Shown piece after piece: positions 1-14,398 of a DNA stretch of 64,000 nucleotides (its first letter is position 1; every line of letters begins with the position of its first letter). Source of the stretch: Callorhinchus milii (Eukaryota). The DNA is taken from positions 63,552,001 through 63,616,000 of the forward strand of contig NW_024704742.1 in the NCBI RefSeq assembly GCF_018977255.1. Direction: 5' to 3'. The notes beneath the pieces were generated by a model that had not been told where the DNA came from, searched no databases, and saw only the letters and a list, made by a program, of their open reading frames with translations. The position numbers and the translations under genes are program-made.

Positions 1-48
1 AGAACAGCCTCAGCTGTTGGAGCTTTGGCTTTCAAGGTTAACTGGAGC

Positions 49-364
49 TAATAATAATAATAATAATCCTTGCATTTGATATAGCGCTTTTCACGTCGGG
101 AGGACGTCCCAAAGCGCTTCACAGAATATACTGTAAAGTGAATTGACTGTATATTTGTGGGCGAACGCGGCAGCCAATTGCGCACAGCAATGTCTCACAA
201 ACAGTCGTGGATTGAAAATGACCAATTTATTATTGTTTTGGAGGGATTATTATTAGGCTCTGTGTGGAGTAAGGAAACTTGCCCAAGGTTTCGCGCTGCC
301 TGGAATTGAACTCAGGTCTCTCACTTGCAAAGCGAGTGCTCTAACCACTGAGCTACAGGACTCC
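49..364 (-). mobile_element. Full-length tRNA-derived SINE, short subfamily
   Basis: The - strand begins GGAGTCCTGTAGCTCAGTGGTTAGAGC (A box) ... GTTCAATTCC (B box) and ends in an L2-like hairpin tail plus (ATT)n; near-identical copies elsewhere in the window. Confidence 0.9.
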
Positions 365-777
365 AAAGCTAAGCGGGAAGAATGTCTTCCCCCAGTGTAG
401 TCTACCCCTACAATTCCTACTGACAGGCAAGCCGGGCTGGCTGCTCTGACATCATTGGTGCATTGGAGTACTGCACACCCGCCCAGATCACAACCCAGAT
501 TGCCGAGATCGCCGCAGAGAGTTGACTTGAATCTGACATTCCACGACCAAGTATGTCGCCCTGGAGCCACTGCAGCTCCAAGGAGTTCCCTTTCTTTCCC
601 TCTCCTTCATCCCAAGGAGGATTGTTTTACAATGTTCACACTGTAGGTCACATCCTGTTCAGCACACAAGGTTTGTGCATCCAGATAAATTGCTTGTTAT
701 TAGTCGATAATAATCGGTTGTTAGTCGATTGGCAGATTGTTTTTCTTGGGGTAAAAAAATCTCTTCATAACTAAATA

Positions 778-948
778 AATAATTTGGTCATTCAGTTCAC
801 GACTGTTTGTGGGACGCTGCTTTGCGCAATTGGCTGCTGTGTTTCGCCCACAAAATATACATTAATCTACATTACAGTACATTCTGTGAAACGCTGCGAG
901 ACGTCTGAACGACGTGATCAGGTGCTATATCAAGTGCAAGCATTATTA
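778..948 (+). mobile_element. SINE 3' half
   Basis: Matches the 3' part of the tRNA-SINE. Confidence 0.75.
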
Positions 949-963
949 TGTTTTTTTAAATAG

Positions 964-1150
964 AGGCTTTGAAGTCGAGCCTTGGGCTGCAGCTCGTTGG
1001 GCCTTATGATATCTTGGCAGGAAAACATAAAAGGACAAAAAACTCCGACCTAAACTATCATCTTCATTGGAGACACTTCTACGATCCACCAGAATTCCAG
1101 ACCGTCCTCATTGGTGATTCTGTCACGCAATTTCACCTCGGCTACTTCAG
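964..1150 (+). CDS. HPF1: HPF1 (histone PARylation factor 1) internal coding exon; earlier exons lie upstream of the window
   Basis: tag|AG acceptor and AG|gtaatt donor; encodes [21 protein letters not shown]...[13 protein letters not shown]...HLGYFR, matching HPF1. Confidence 0.95.
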
Positions 1151-1264
1151 GTAATTGCAGCACACATTAAATATCAGGCGCGTTTAACCCTTTACTTAAC
1201 GTTCTGAACCATTCCGCCTAAGCCATTAAGGTCTCAGTAACCGCCCTGTATGTGGTGTTTGCAG

Positions 1265-1363
1265 GGATGTTCCAGATGAATTGCCAGTGTTCATAGGTGC
1301 CAATGAGGCAAAGAAGGGCTGCTCAGTTGTTCAGCTGGGAGACAATTTGTTTAGTGCAGTGAA
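1265..1363 (+). CDS. HPF1: HPF1 coding exon (99 nt)
   Basis: gcag|G...AA|gtaagt; [33 protein letters not shown]; phase fits neighbouring exons. Confidence 0.95.
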
Positions 1364-1867
1364 GTAAGTTTTCTTTATGTGATTTGCCTTTTTTTAAATA
1401 TGTAGAGAGAAGCAAGTGGATGTGAAGTGATATATATACCAATTGTGGATGGATTACGACAATTTGTAGTGCAAGTTGTTGAGAAGTTTATAACTGGTAT
1501 TAACTAGGGTGTTCACTAAATTACTGACAAATGGGCAAGGAGTAAATAAATGTCATTAGATTCCAAATTGTATTATTTTTCAGCAATATTTTGAAAGGTC
1601 ACAATAGAAAATGTCTTTGCTCTGTTCAATTTCGGCAGAGTTTAATACAAACCCAAGTTTATGTTGTAAAGCACTTTTGCATTAGCACTGTTTCCCTTGT
1701 TGGAATTTGATACAATTTCTGTCGTTTTTCCTTTTTCTGGGTTTTGAATGAAAATTGCAATCGCACGTTTCTCAGTTTTGGCATTTTCTCTCTTTCTCTT
1801 CCTTCTCCTCCTCACCACCCACCCTGCCCCCCCCCCCCCACCCCCCAAAAAAACAACTTGTTCTCAG

Positions 1868-2018
1868 ACTCTTGTTGTCTAAGAGACTAAAGGAGATGAG
1901 CAATAAAAAAGAGATCCGTGTTTTGAAAGACCTTGATGCCCAGTTGATCGCATTAGCGGCAAAATTAGATTATTCTCTGGACCAAAGAACTAAAGAGATG
2001 AAACAAAGGGATAAGAAG
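1868..2018 (+). CDS. HPF1: HPF1 coding exon (151 nt)
   Basis: tctcag|A...AAG|gtaaga; LLLSKRLKEM...LDYSLDQRTKEMKQRDKK. Confidence 0.95.
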
Positions 2019-2214
2019 GTAAGATGCTGTGCTTTGCCTGGGTGTGGCTGAGGCTGGTGTGAAAGGTAGTTGGTGGCAGTTAACAGTTAGCATTTTCCCC
2101 TGGTGAGGGGGCTTCATGTAGTGTGTTGTGAAACCAAGCACCTTAAACAGACAAGAATGGTGAACATGCATGAGCATTCAAGAAGATATTAAACAAAAAA
2201 ATATATTTTTTTTG

Positions 2215-2500
2215 TCAGCTGGGTGTCTGCTGGACTGCATGGGCCAGGTGGCCTGTTTCTTAGCTGTACCTTCTGTGAATCTATAAAACCATAGTCTTTT
2301 TTTGGTCAGCTGGGTGTTCAACACATGTGGAAACCCATCCCCATGTTTAAGAGTATCCAATCCAAACTGGGATTTCCCTGCATCCCACCTACACATGGAA
2401 ATCCCAGAGATAGATTGTTGGAATGGAATACACACTCCCTTCCTGGAGGACAGCATCCTGTTCACCTAATTCTAGAAAGTATTAGGTGCAGGTTAGCAAA
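2215..2500. repeat. Unclassified composite repeat (CR1 3' tail joined to an unknown element)
   Basis: Reverse-complement similarity to 50060-50335 across the junction. Confidence 0.7.
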
Positions 2501-2841
2501 TGTAATTTTATCAATGAATCAGTGACTGATATTTCCTATATACAGTGGCCAACAACAAAAATTATCCCAGGTACGAATTGGTTACTCATTTCATGGCTGT
2601 GTCCATATTGGCTCCTACAGTTCCCTACAAAGTACAGTCACTAAACTTTACAGTATATCCTGTAATGTTCTCCACTTTGAAATGTCATCCTGACGTAAAA
2701 GGCTCTAAATCAAACGTAAAGATTATTATTGTTACTATTATAAGATGTTCCAGATTATTTAGGATCTTTTGGATTCAAATAGAACCAAGACTTATTCATG
2801 TGTTCCCAGCGTAATTGGTGTAATCTGTTTCTGTTTTTTAG

Positions 2842-3797
<956 letters not shown>

Positions 3798-4346
3798 CAT
3801 TGGAATAGAATGTACTTTTACCACTGTAACCTTTTACACTGCAACGACAAGTGAGTTCAGGAAGGATAGACTTTAGTTTCTTTGTAATCTGCCAGTAACT
3901 TCACTTTTGGTGCCTTTCAATAGTCCACCATCACTAGTATTTTAAAATCATCTTGCTTCTATCTCTGGTGATGCAGTCTCTGTAGTTGATATTCCTCCTT
4001 TGTAAATAAATGATGGTGTAGAGATGTGTGCAGCAAAAGTCTTCCCTCGTTGCAGAAATATATTGAGTCGTTCTCTGAAAGTGTATTTTCACTTACACGT
4101 GCATTGTCATGTTCAGCCTTCAGTGCAGCGATGGCAAATGTGCCTGGAATAGAAGGTGAAGCTACTGCTCTCAAAGCCATCAGTCCTCAGGAGCCTCACT
4201 TTTACTTATATCTTATAAATCGTATAATTGCCTTAGTTGTACATGCATCCGAGGCCCATTCAGTTTCCTATCAAAACCTCTTAGATTTCTTTGTACTACT
4301 TGTATCAAACATCTCCAAATTCGTAATGCCTCTCCCCATCCTAATA

Positions 4347-4693
4347 AATAATAATAATAATCCTCGTGTTTGATATAGCGCCTCATCACGTCTTCAAAGC
4401 GCTTCACAGAATATACTGTAAAGTGAATTGACTGTATTTTGTGGGCGAAACGTGGCAGCCAATTGTGCACAGCAATGTCCCACAAACAGTTGTGGATTGT
4501 GTGACCCAATTTTTTTTGAGAGATTATTACCCCCTGAAAAGTGATCCACCTAACAACCATGTTCCTACTTACTGCTAGGTAACCAGAGGCTTGTGGAGTA
4601 AGGAAACTTGCCACAGGTTTCACCCTGACTGGAATTGAATCCAGATCCTCTCGTTGCGAGGCGAGTGGTCTGACCCCTGAGCTACAGGACTCC
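4347..4693 (-). mobile_element. tRNA-derived SINE, long subfamily
   Basis: Same head and tail as the short subfamily plus an extra central segment (CCTCTGGTTACCTAGCAGTAAGTAGG...). Confidence 0.85.
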
Positions 4694-5613
4694 CTGAACG
4701 AAACCCACAGGGGGAGGGAGAGCAAGGATTTGGCTTATATTTCACAAATGCAATAAAAATCTCGAGGCGAAGGAGGTGTGGGGTGGTTCGAGGTTCAATT
4801 CAGTTTCTCCATCGAGAGAAAGAGAGAGAGAGTGGTCAAAGACAAGACGTCAACAAATAATTCCAAGGTGGCCATTTGTATCAAGAGAGAGAGAGAGAGA
4901 GACAGTGGCCAAGCAAACGTCCATTACCGGCTACATTGAATCATGGAAAATGATGTCCTCACTCGTCACGCATGCTCACTCACCAACTGGCTACTTTGAA
5001 TCACAGAAACGTGTTTTTGATCCGTCGACACATGCGCAGAAGTTCATTTCCCGTGATTCCAGGACTGGCCGCAGTAAATGCGCACGTGGCCACGGGTCAG
5101 GATGCAATGAATTGTGGGGAAAGTAGTCTTGACTGGTCACCTCGTGTGCACTCACAGCTCTATTAAATTAGGCAAAGCTCAGTGTAGATTATTGATTAAC
5201 TCAGATTTTATATGACGTGTACAAGTTTGCCTGCAATTTGGACTTTGCATAAGTCATTAAATATTATGATTCTGACTGATAAAAATCCACAATTGTGTGA
5301 GGTCTTCCAACTTTGAAGGTAAAATGGTCTGACAAGCTGAGACTGAGTGGAATCTGAGACCTCTGACAGGGAAGAGCATCAAATCCGAGGGGTAGAATCT
5401 TCAGTTTTTGATGTTGCTTAAATCTTCCAGGAAAAGTGTAAAAATGTACAGTATTTGCATTGCTTGAATGTTTTTAAGTAAAGTACTTGAATTTACTGCT
5501 GTATTCTGCAGCCACGTGCCACACAATATACAATACCTCTGGATGTTGTTTCATAAGTCAATAATGTTTCATGTCATGCTTTTTGGACCTAATTATTTAT
5601 TTTAAAACTCTAG

Positions 5614-5786
5614 TGAGCCTCAAAAAGATCTGCAAGGCTATTGTAGAAGCTCCAAATGATGAAGAGCGGATTAGGGCCTTTGCTCCAATCCAGGAAATAA
5701 TAACATACGTTCAGTTTGCAAATGATGAATGCGATTATGGAATGGGATACGAATTAGGAATGGATCTCTTCTGTTACGGATCACAT
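5614..5786 (+). CDS. HPF1: HPF1 coding exon (173 nt) with the catalytic acidic motif
   Basis: ctag|TG...CAT|gtgagt; [12 protein letters not shown]...[26 protein letters not shown]. Confidence 0.97.
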
Positions 5787-5904
5787 GTGAGTATATGGAG
5801 ATAGGATTCAAACTTATCAACAACAGCATAAATGCATATTATACAGAGAAAAGCAGGAATGCAGGAGTGCAGGACTATTTTAAAATGAGTTCAAATGACT
5901 TATA

Positions 5905-6230
5905 AAATAATCCTTGCCTTGATGTAACACCTTATCACGTCACACAAACATCTCAAAGCGCTTTATTGAATTTCCTGGTAAGTGTGGTGGCTGTGTATCT
6001 GTAGGCGAATGTGGCATACGATTTGCACACAGCAATCATCCATAAACAGTCATGAAGTGAGTGACCAATTTATTCAGGGGGATTGTTGGCCAGGAAACCG
6101 GGAGAGAAAAACTCCCTTCTCTTCAAATATTGACGTGGTACCTTTGAATCCTTGTGTCCTCCTGAACCAGCAGACAGATCTTTGGTTTAAAGTCTCACCT
6201 GAAGGACGGCTCCTCTGTTGCAATGGTGTG
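5905..6230 (-). mobile_element. Degraded Deu-domain SINE (SacSINE1/AmnSINE1-like)
   Basis: Recognisable ...GAGACTTTAAACC...TTTGAAGAGAAGGGAG...TCCTGGCCAAC... core and shared tail. Confidence 0.65.
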
Positions 6231-6634
6231 TTAGCCTTGTCTGATAAAAGTCTGTGATCCAGCATATTGGAGTTGTTTACATGCCATGTGTAAATACAGC
6301 TGTATGCCTTAACAATCCTTTTTATTTGTTACACAATTACAGACATTTCCCTCTGTACACCTGTTTACACATGGACCATAATACAACTTTGTTTCAACAG
6401 CACATCATATGCTGTATTATCTTGCATTATTTTCTATTTTGCAAGACTTTTTTTCAAAGCACTGCATTACGGTGGAACAAGTTTAGGGAGAGAAACTATT
6501 GCATCTCTACAACATTGATAAATTAAGTCCAGTCTGGTAAAACCAGCAAAAACTTTTTAAAAAGAAGCCCTCTTGCATCTTGGGGTCTGCCTTTCAAAGA
6601 GAAAATACATTGTTGGGGTTCATGTTGAACGAGC

Positions 6635-6775
6635 AGACAGGAAATTGCCAGGTTCGATCCATGCTATGTGCGAAGCTAAATTTCAGCTGGAATGATGAAT
6701 GATCTGTAGTCAATCTCCGCATTCCTAGGCTTTCAGGGGAAGCGGAGGGAAATCAGCCGTGTTTCTCCTATAGTA
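6635..6775 (+). mobile_element. Ancient SINE remnant (AmnSINE2-like)
   Basis: CCAGGTTCGATCC B box followed by ...GGAGGGAAATCAGCC; similar to the reverse complement of 62115-62295. Confidence 0.4.
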
Positions 6776-7584
6776 ATAATCCTCGCAGTTGATACAGAGC
6801 CTTATGTATCAGGACGACATCTCAAAACACTTCACAGGATTTATGGTAAAGTGTAGCGACTGTGGTTAGATAGGGGAATGCCTACAATCAAGATCCATGG
6901 ATCGATCCTTTTTGGCCAGTACTGATGTTTTGGATGTTAGGGAAGTCACTCACAGCAGTATTTTTTTATCATGGCAGTTTAGGAAATTTGCAGTGTTGCC
7001 TTAAACTTTGATTTGGGTTTCATGTCCTCCCACAGTGTGCAGTGAAGAGACAGCAGAGGAGGTAGGAGGCCAGTTGCATGCAGTCTTCAGATTCTATTTG
7101 CCGTCATTGTTTTGCCCACAAAATATAGTCTATTCACTTTACACTATATTCTGTGAAGCGCTTTGAGACAGCTTGAACACATGATAAGGCGCTATATCAA
7201 ATCTAAGGTTTATTATTATGGAGTGAATAGCTACTGTACGTTTATATAGCACAGCTGTGTGTGTGTGTGAGAGGGAATCTGATTCTACATGTTAAATGAA
7301 AGAACAATTTTTGCATATGATGGATTTGTACTGTATCTGGAATTGTTGCCCTCTCCCTTACAACCCTGCTGTGAAATTTAAGTGGTCCAAGACCCTACCT
7401 CATGTGAAAGGTGTTGTATAAATACAAGTTGTTATTGAATGTCCATTACTGCCTTGAACCAAGTACTGAGGTGCATATAAGATTCCGGGGGAAAATTGCT
7501 GATTTTCTGGAATTTTAAGACCCTAATTTGTTACATGAATCTAACAACAGCCTGCCAATGCTGTTAAATATTGCATGTATCTTG

Positions 7585-8390
7585 CAGATACATGGCAGAT
7601 AATTTCAATGTGGAGAAATGTGAGGTAATGCATTTCGGTAGAAAGAATGAGGGGAGGCAATATAGGCCGGTAATACAATCTTAAGGGGGGTGAAATAACA
7701 GAGTGACCTGGAGGTGCAGGTAAATGAATCCTTGAAGGTGGCAGGACAGGTAGATAAAGCTGTAAAAAGGGCAGATGGGATACTAGGCTTTATAAATAGG
7801 GGCACAGAGTACAAGAGTCAGGAGGTTATGATTAACCTATATAAAACACTGCTTAGGCCTCAGTTAGAATACTGCGCCCAGTTCTGGGCACCACACTATA
7901 GGAAGGATGTTAAGGTATTGGAAACGGTGCAGAGGAGATTTATGAGGATGGTACCAGGAATGAGGGACCTTGACTGAGGAAAGGCTGGAGAGGTTAGGAT
8001 TATTCTCATTGGAGCAGAGAAGGTTACGAGGAGACCTAATAGAGGTCTTCAAAATCATGAGGGGATTTGATACGTTAGAAAGGGAAAAACTGTTTCCACT
8101 GGTGGGTGTGTCGGTAACTCCAGGTCACAGATTCAAAATAAGCAGAGGGGAGGTGAGAAGAAATTGGTTGTTCAAATCTGGAATGCATTGCCTGACGGGG
8201 TGGTCGAGGCCGATTCAATAACAACTTCTAAAAACGCGGTGGACGGGTATTTGAGGAGGACGTGTTTGCAGGGTTATGGGGAAAGGGCTGGGGAGTGGGA
8301 TTGACATTACATTGCTCTTTTCAAAGAGCCGGCACAGACTCTATGGGCCAAATGGCCTCTTTTTGTGCTGTATGATTCTATGATTCTATT
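7585..8390 (+). mobile_element. CR1-type LINE 3' fragment
   Basis: LYKTLLRPQLEYCAQFWAP and LFSLEQRRLRGDLIEVFKIM motifs; (ATTCTATG)n octamer tail. Confidence 0.9.
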
Positions 8391-8554
8391 AATGGCTATT
8401 ACTGTATTAGTGACTCAAGAGGAAATTAGTTATTGCTTTTGGATTCACTTTAGCTAATGATGTTCACTGTGGTAATTGAGGCTTAGTTTGTGCAGGTAAT
8501 TATGATAAAAAAAGCGATTTCACAGCTTGAAGTTTTTCTTTTGTTCTTTTACAG

Positions 8555-8686
8555 TACTTTCACAAATTGGTACGGCAGCTTTTACCTTTGGCCTACAATC
8601 TCTTGAAGAGGCCCCTATTTGCAGAGATTATTGAAGTTCATTTGGCCAACAGAAATTGGGATAATCTGGATCAACTAAAGGCTTGA
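8555..8686 (+). CDS. HPF1: HPF1 terminal coding exon
   Basis: Pyrimidine tract, then acag|[46 protein letters not shown] then TGA. Confidence 0.96.
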   Translation, partial: YFHKLVRQLLPLAYNLLKRPLFAEIIEVHLANRNWDNLDQLKA

Positions 8687-8838
8687 GTTTTTCAAACCAA
8701 GGCAGTGTGATTCAGTTTCCCGAGCAAGAGCTGATTGACCATTTCCCCGGCCTATTGTAAACTGTAAAATCTGAGAACGGTCTGTGAGGTGTATCTGGTT
8801 TTGAAATGTGTATGTTAAAGAGTTGATGTAGTTTTTGT

Positions 8839-8844
8839 AATAAA
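8839..8844 (+). terminator. Probable HPF1 polyadenylation signal
   Basis: First AATAAA, about 150 nt after the stop, followed by T/GT-rich sequence. Confidence 0.55.
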
Positions 8845-8959
8845 GAATCTTTGTTAAGTCGTAGCTTTCAACATTCATCCAGCGCTTGTTAAGTTTGCAC
8901 TCCTGCCCTGGGTATTCTTGTTGTAAGGGTGGGCCTGGAAAATGAAGTTTGATCTGTAT

Positions 8960-9315
8960 TCTCAAAGCATCAAAACAACTCAAAAGTGCTTCACAGGATT
9001 TCTTATAAAAGGGAAGGAATGTATTTGTGAAAAAGTGAATGACCAATTTTATCTTGGGGATTGTTGGCCAGGACACAGAGGGCAGCAGTCTATTCTTTGC
9101 TAATAGTATAACAGGAGATTTAAAATTCAGCTGAACAGGCAGACATGACCTCGGTTTAAAGTCTTGTCCAAAGGGCAACACCTCTGTTCAAGCAGCACTC
9201 ACAGGCATTGCACTGGAGTCAGCCTAGACGATGAGCTCAAATCCCTGACAAGCTTGAACCTATAAATCTCCTGATTCAGAGGCAAGAGCGCTACCAACAG
9301 TTAAATCAGACTGAC
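8960..9315 (-). mobile_element. Degraded Deu-domain SINE
   Basis: The - strand reads GCCTCTGAATCAG...GGTTCAAG...TAGGCTGACTCCAGTGCA...TTAAACCGAGG...TGTCCTGGCCAAC. Confidence 0.7.
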
Positions 9316-10200
9316 ACCTCATTGTAGCACTCTGACCAAAGGTGAATCAATGAAAACAGCTACTGCTCTCTCTCCCCATCTACCCTCCCGCCCAAAAAAA
9401 GTTTTCGCTGCTGGAGTGCAATGTTCTGTTCCCGCAGAATTGTACAAGCATTGATGGCTAAAGATAAAATGCAGCTCGTCACCAATCTGGCACTGCCAAA
9501 AAACAAGCATCTTTCCAATGTGAAGGCGACATACATATGCGGAACTGTCTGGTTTGGATACTCAAATATTGTGACAGGTTTCCACATCAGAATACAAATC
9601 ATAAAAATTATATTTCCTTAAATAAGTTACTTTAAACATTGGCAAATGGTTTATGCTGCAATGTATGGGGCCTCACTCATATTCCAAGTATGAATAATTA
9701 AGTCTCATGGTGGAAAATTTATATTTAAAGTTAACAAGTGAGTTCCCATGAAATTCTTGGTAACCTGTCAACAATGTTAACACAGTATATACATCTGCAT
9801 ACATGGTTATAAAAACTGAAGTCACCCAACAAGATAAAGGTAAGCTCATATGTTCAATTCACGTCTGGGGGGACAAATGACAGAGCATGGAAATGAGGCC
9901 AAAATAATTTTCGAATGCAAAATCAAATCAATTTTAAGGATATTTGGCAGAAATTATATGCAAATTATTCTCAAAGTGATAAATGTAATATTCTAAGCAA
10001 ATGAATATCCACCTGGTTTAAAAAGAGCAAGCGATTGTACTGAATAAAATACAGTACAGCTTTCAAATTTGGTGCTGTTCACAAAAACAGAATGAGCGCT
10101 GTAGTGTTACATTTAACAATAGCCAATATTTGAAATATGCCATGAAACACAACGTCTCCAATTAAAATCTCAACAAAGATTCACTTGTTTCAACAGGTAA

Positions 10201-10206
10201 TTTAAT
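10201..10206 (-). terminator. Candidate CLCN3 polyadenylation signal (ATTAAA)
   Basis: Lies at the far end of a ~2.1 kb repeat-free AT-rich stretch downstream of the CLCN3 stop, with GT-rich sequence beyond; other hexamers are possible. Confidence 0.3.
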
Positions 10207-12313
10207 ACAGTATTATACAATCAAACTTTCACAGTAATCATAATTAAGTTTGTCTTAAGAATGTGAATTTCTAACATCGATATAAATAAAAACATCCAGA
10301 ATCAGTATTAAAGACAATTCTAGGCAACATCACAGTTAAAGACAAAGCATCCTTCATTAACCAAAAGCAAGACAATGGCAAACGACCGAACACAAACACC
10401 ATCCCCACGGGGCTCTTGCCTAAAGCTTGACTACACCCAGCAGAGAAAGGGAGGAGGATCTCATAAGGTATTGCAAACGTCACAGAAGGAAAATTTCCAG
10501 TTATCGATTTATGCTGAATTTCGAAGCTGACGCGACACAATCCTGAACATTCCAAATTATCAGCACTTTGGATGCTGATGATTTTAAATATATTGATTTT
10601 ATTATCTGATACAATTATTATCCATACATTTCCTGCAGATCCAACAATGATGTCTAATGTGAGATTGGATGTCAGGTTAATGTCTTGGGATGAGAAAGGG
10701 ATTAAAAAGTAGCAAAACTGATAATGCTTCATCAGTAAGTATTCATCAGTAATCAGTAAGTAGTTTGCACAAGCTCTTGAGGTCCGTTAATCAACCTCAA
10801 TAGGTTTCTGAGTCTTACCCTTGATTCTGTAACTAAACAAAAATGGAACCCAATGATCTGCATCAAATGTTTTAAACTCTATACAAACAGTGTAAGTTTA
10901 CCTTTTTGCATCTGGAAATTTAGTGCAAATTTCAAGTCCTTTAAAAATCTGGTTTACATGAACATTTGTACTTCAATCTATTTCTTAAAATTAACTCCAG
11001 GTAATGCCACATAAAAGTGGACCTATATTTTAAAAATATGCACACATCGATGATTCTAGTTTTACACGATGTCATTTAAAGCCAATTTGGTTGAAACAGA
11101 TTACCTCCTATGAATTGTAAACACTAAAAATCGAATGGTTATTACCCATGATAATATAATCCAAAGTTTTTTTTAAAAAAATCAAAGTACATACTTCAGA
11201 TGACATCACCAATGTTACTTGATGAATGTTAACAGTATTAAAAAAAACTGATGCGATGATCACTAAAACAGAAAACTCAAATGAAAAAAAAAATCAAGTT
11301 ATACATTGTGCACAGTTAGAATAAACACAAAGATCATTGCTGAATGTTTTATGGATGAAGGCTGCAGTACAGCTAACATTCCTACCCACATCTGGCACAT
11401 ATTCAGTAAATCCTGGATCCCTAACGTTGATGCACACAATGCAACTGGAAGCATCAGCAAGTGACCATTTTACTGCCATTCATCCTCCTTTTATAGCAAA
11501 GAAAATAAAGGGACACCCGTCTTTAAGCAAAAATATGTTTTTCAGCATTAATACTCTTGAAACCTCAACCATCTCACTAGTTTTAAAAAGATTATTTCCT
11601 GTAAAACTGCCAACCACACAATCTTATTTTAATTGCACCTTGTCAAATATTAGCAACGTGCCTTAACTCAATTTTAGTAAATACATTTGGGTTACGCACA
11701 TCTTCAGCAATCAGCCTTCATTGATGTGCACTTGGGAAACTGGTTCCTTCTTTGCCTCATCTCAGTTACCAATTTTATAATCTTTGCGTAACCTTTATGC
11801 AAGAAATGACTGCTTCAATGGCAAGGAAGTTTCAGAGGTTGGGTTCAGAGGCTCTCACAGTCACCTTCCTTGGTGCAAAAATGGTAAGTTGTCTGGAATG
11901 TTCAGAGCAAAGTTAATGTCAATCCAAAGATGCAAGCTGCCAACGTTCCTGAAATGCATTCTGCATGAAAGTGCAAGACTCTGGAGGCATACAAGATGGC
12001 TTACTTCAATCATATAGTGCGATCTTTAGAAAAGATGCATTGTCAGTGATTCAGTATTGGCAGAAGAACCATTTATACCATTCAATTTCACTGTCACTAA
12101 CCCTCTATTTCTTTAATAGCACATATCAAAAAAAAATTAATATGGAAACATCTAGGTATAAACTGGTTTTAAAGTGGACACCAGGCTTAATACTGAAGTG
12201 GACCGACCACTGTTGACAAACTCTTACATCAAAGCAGCATTCAGTACTGACTGAACTGCAGACAGATGTTATTTTCTTTCCATAATAGTGATAAGCTGAA
12301 GCCTTTCTAATAG

Positions 12314-12501
<188 letters not shown>

Positions 12502-14398
12502 TCAGTGAAAAGGTAGGAAACCAAAGGGTCAGGAAAGAAAGGATAAAGTGGGTGGAAATGACAGGGAGAGTGATGCTAATCCCATCTGTACAGAGCAGAA
12601 TAAGTGGAGTATCAACATGGAATTTACCAATCCCATTCTCACTTAATGATGATTGTCAATCACACAGACAAAATGTCTGAAACTTTTAGAACGCAGCAAA
12701 GTAAACTTTTAAGGTATTTCAATACAATTTAATTCACTCAATTCAAGAATATTGTGTGGTATTAGCAGCATAATTGTGATAAGGAGAGGAACAGGTCCTA
12801 CAAAATTAATGGGGGAAAAAGAGGAAAGGAAGGAGAAAAGGCTTTGGCCTTAGTTAATCTGGTTAGTACTTTTGGCAACAGCAGGATGCATGAAACATGT
12901 GAATCATTAGCAAATTAATAGTAAGCACATTTGCGGGAGGGGAAAAGTTACACTGATCACATTTTCAACTAATACGATTATGTTCGGAGGCTAAAGTAAA
13001 TTTAAAAATACATTAGTGCCTGATACATACCCACTCACCCAGTGCAAAACACCAAATTGGCAGTTGGTGACTATGAGATCTTATATAGGGGTCTCTCGAG
13101 CTTCAGCTATAAAGCATAAAGCATAGTATACATATAGCTAAAGGTGTCATAATCAAGGTAACGTATAGATAGATTTGAGCAGGTTTTAAAAATAAACAAA
13201 ATATTTCAGTTGAAGCACAAGACCTTAATTGGAATCCACCATTAAGAAAACTCTTTTTAATTTTACACAAATATCTTCCCACTAAACAAGTTCACAACAA
13301 AGTCTTCAAAACATAGGTTGAAGACAGGGTAAACATTTTTGGTAGCAGTGCTTGTTGTATAACAATCTGAGGTGTTTCCAGATATATCGTACACATGGCA
13401 CATGACTGTACAGTGATTCACTACACAACCTGATTATGTTCCTTAAAAAAAGGCTACAGCTCAAGCAATCATGTACTTGATTCGTAACCAAAAGCTCACA
13501 GGTGAGAGTCAAACTCTCAAACCCTGGTTTATAGAATTATAGAATTATACAGCACAGAAGGAGGCCGTTCGGCTCATCAGGTCAGTGCCGGCTCTTTGAA
13601 AGGAGCTGTCCAATTCAATCCCACACCCCCGCTCTCTCCTCATAGCCTTGCAAGCTTGTCCTCCCCAAATAATTATCTACTTCTCTTAAAAGTTATTATC
13701 GAATCAGCTTCCACTATCCTTTCAGGAAATGCATTCAGTTACAATAATAGTGGTTAAAATAATAAATAATCCTTGCACTTGATATAGCACTTTATCACAT
13801 CGTAGGGAAGTTTCAAAGCGCTCACAGAATATACTGTAAAGTGGATTAACTGGGCAAAATGCGGCAGCCAATTGCGTATATCAGTGTCATAAAGCTAATG
13901 GGATGTTGGCCTTTATCTCAAGGGGGCTGGAATATAAAGGAAAGCAATTGATGCTTCAACTATACAGAGCCTTGATCAGACCCCATCTCAAGAACTGTGT
14001 TCCGTTTTGGGGACCGCACAATTCCAACAATCCTGGCCAATAATCCCACAATACATTGGCTCTGGAGGGGCTGCAGCGCAGATTCATCAGAATGATACCA
14101 AGGCTAAAAAGGTTAAATTACGAGGACAAGTTGCAGAAACTTGGTCTCTATTCCCTGATTGAAGTTTTTAAAATAATAAAGGGATTCGATAGGGAAGCTA
14201 CAGATAAACTATTTCCTCTGATGGGGAAACCCGGAACAAAGGGGCATAATCGTAAAATTAGTGCGAGGCCATTTAGGAGTGAAATCAGGAAGCAGTTTTT
14301 CACCCATAGTGGAAATCTGGAACTCTCTCCCCCAAAAGGCTGGTTCCATTCACATTTTCAAGACGGAGCTAGATAGATATTGTTAGATCAGGGTATTA

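Noticed and set aside
290..364. tRNA-Ala(TGC)-like sequence on the - strand, repeated several times in the window
   Set aside because: It is the head of a SINE: it runs into the SINE body and tail, and the acceptor stem does not close
10271..10732. 153-aa ORF on the - strand and similar AT-rich ORFs
   Set aside because: Lies within the presumed CLCN3 3' UTR, with no homology or coding-like composition
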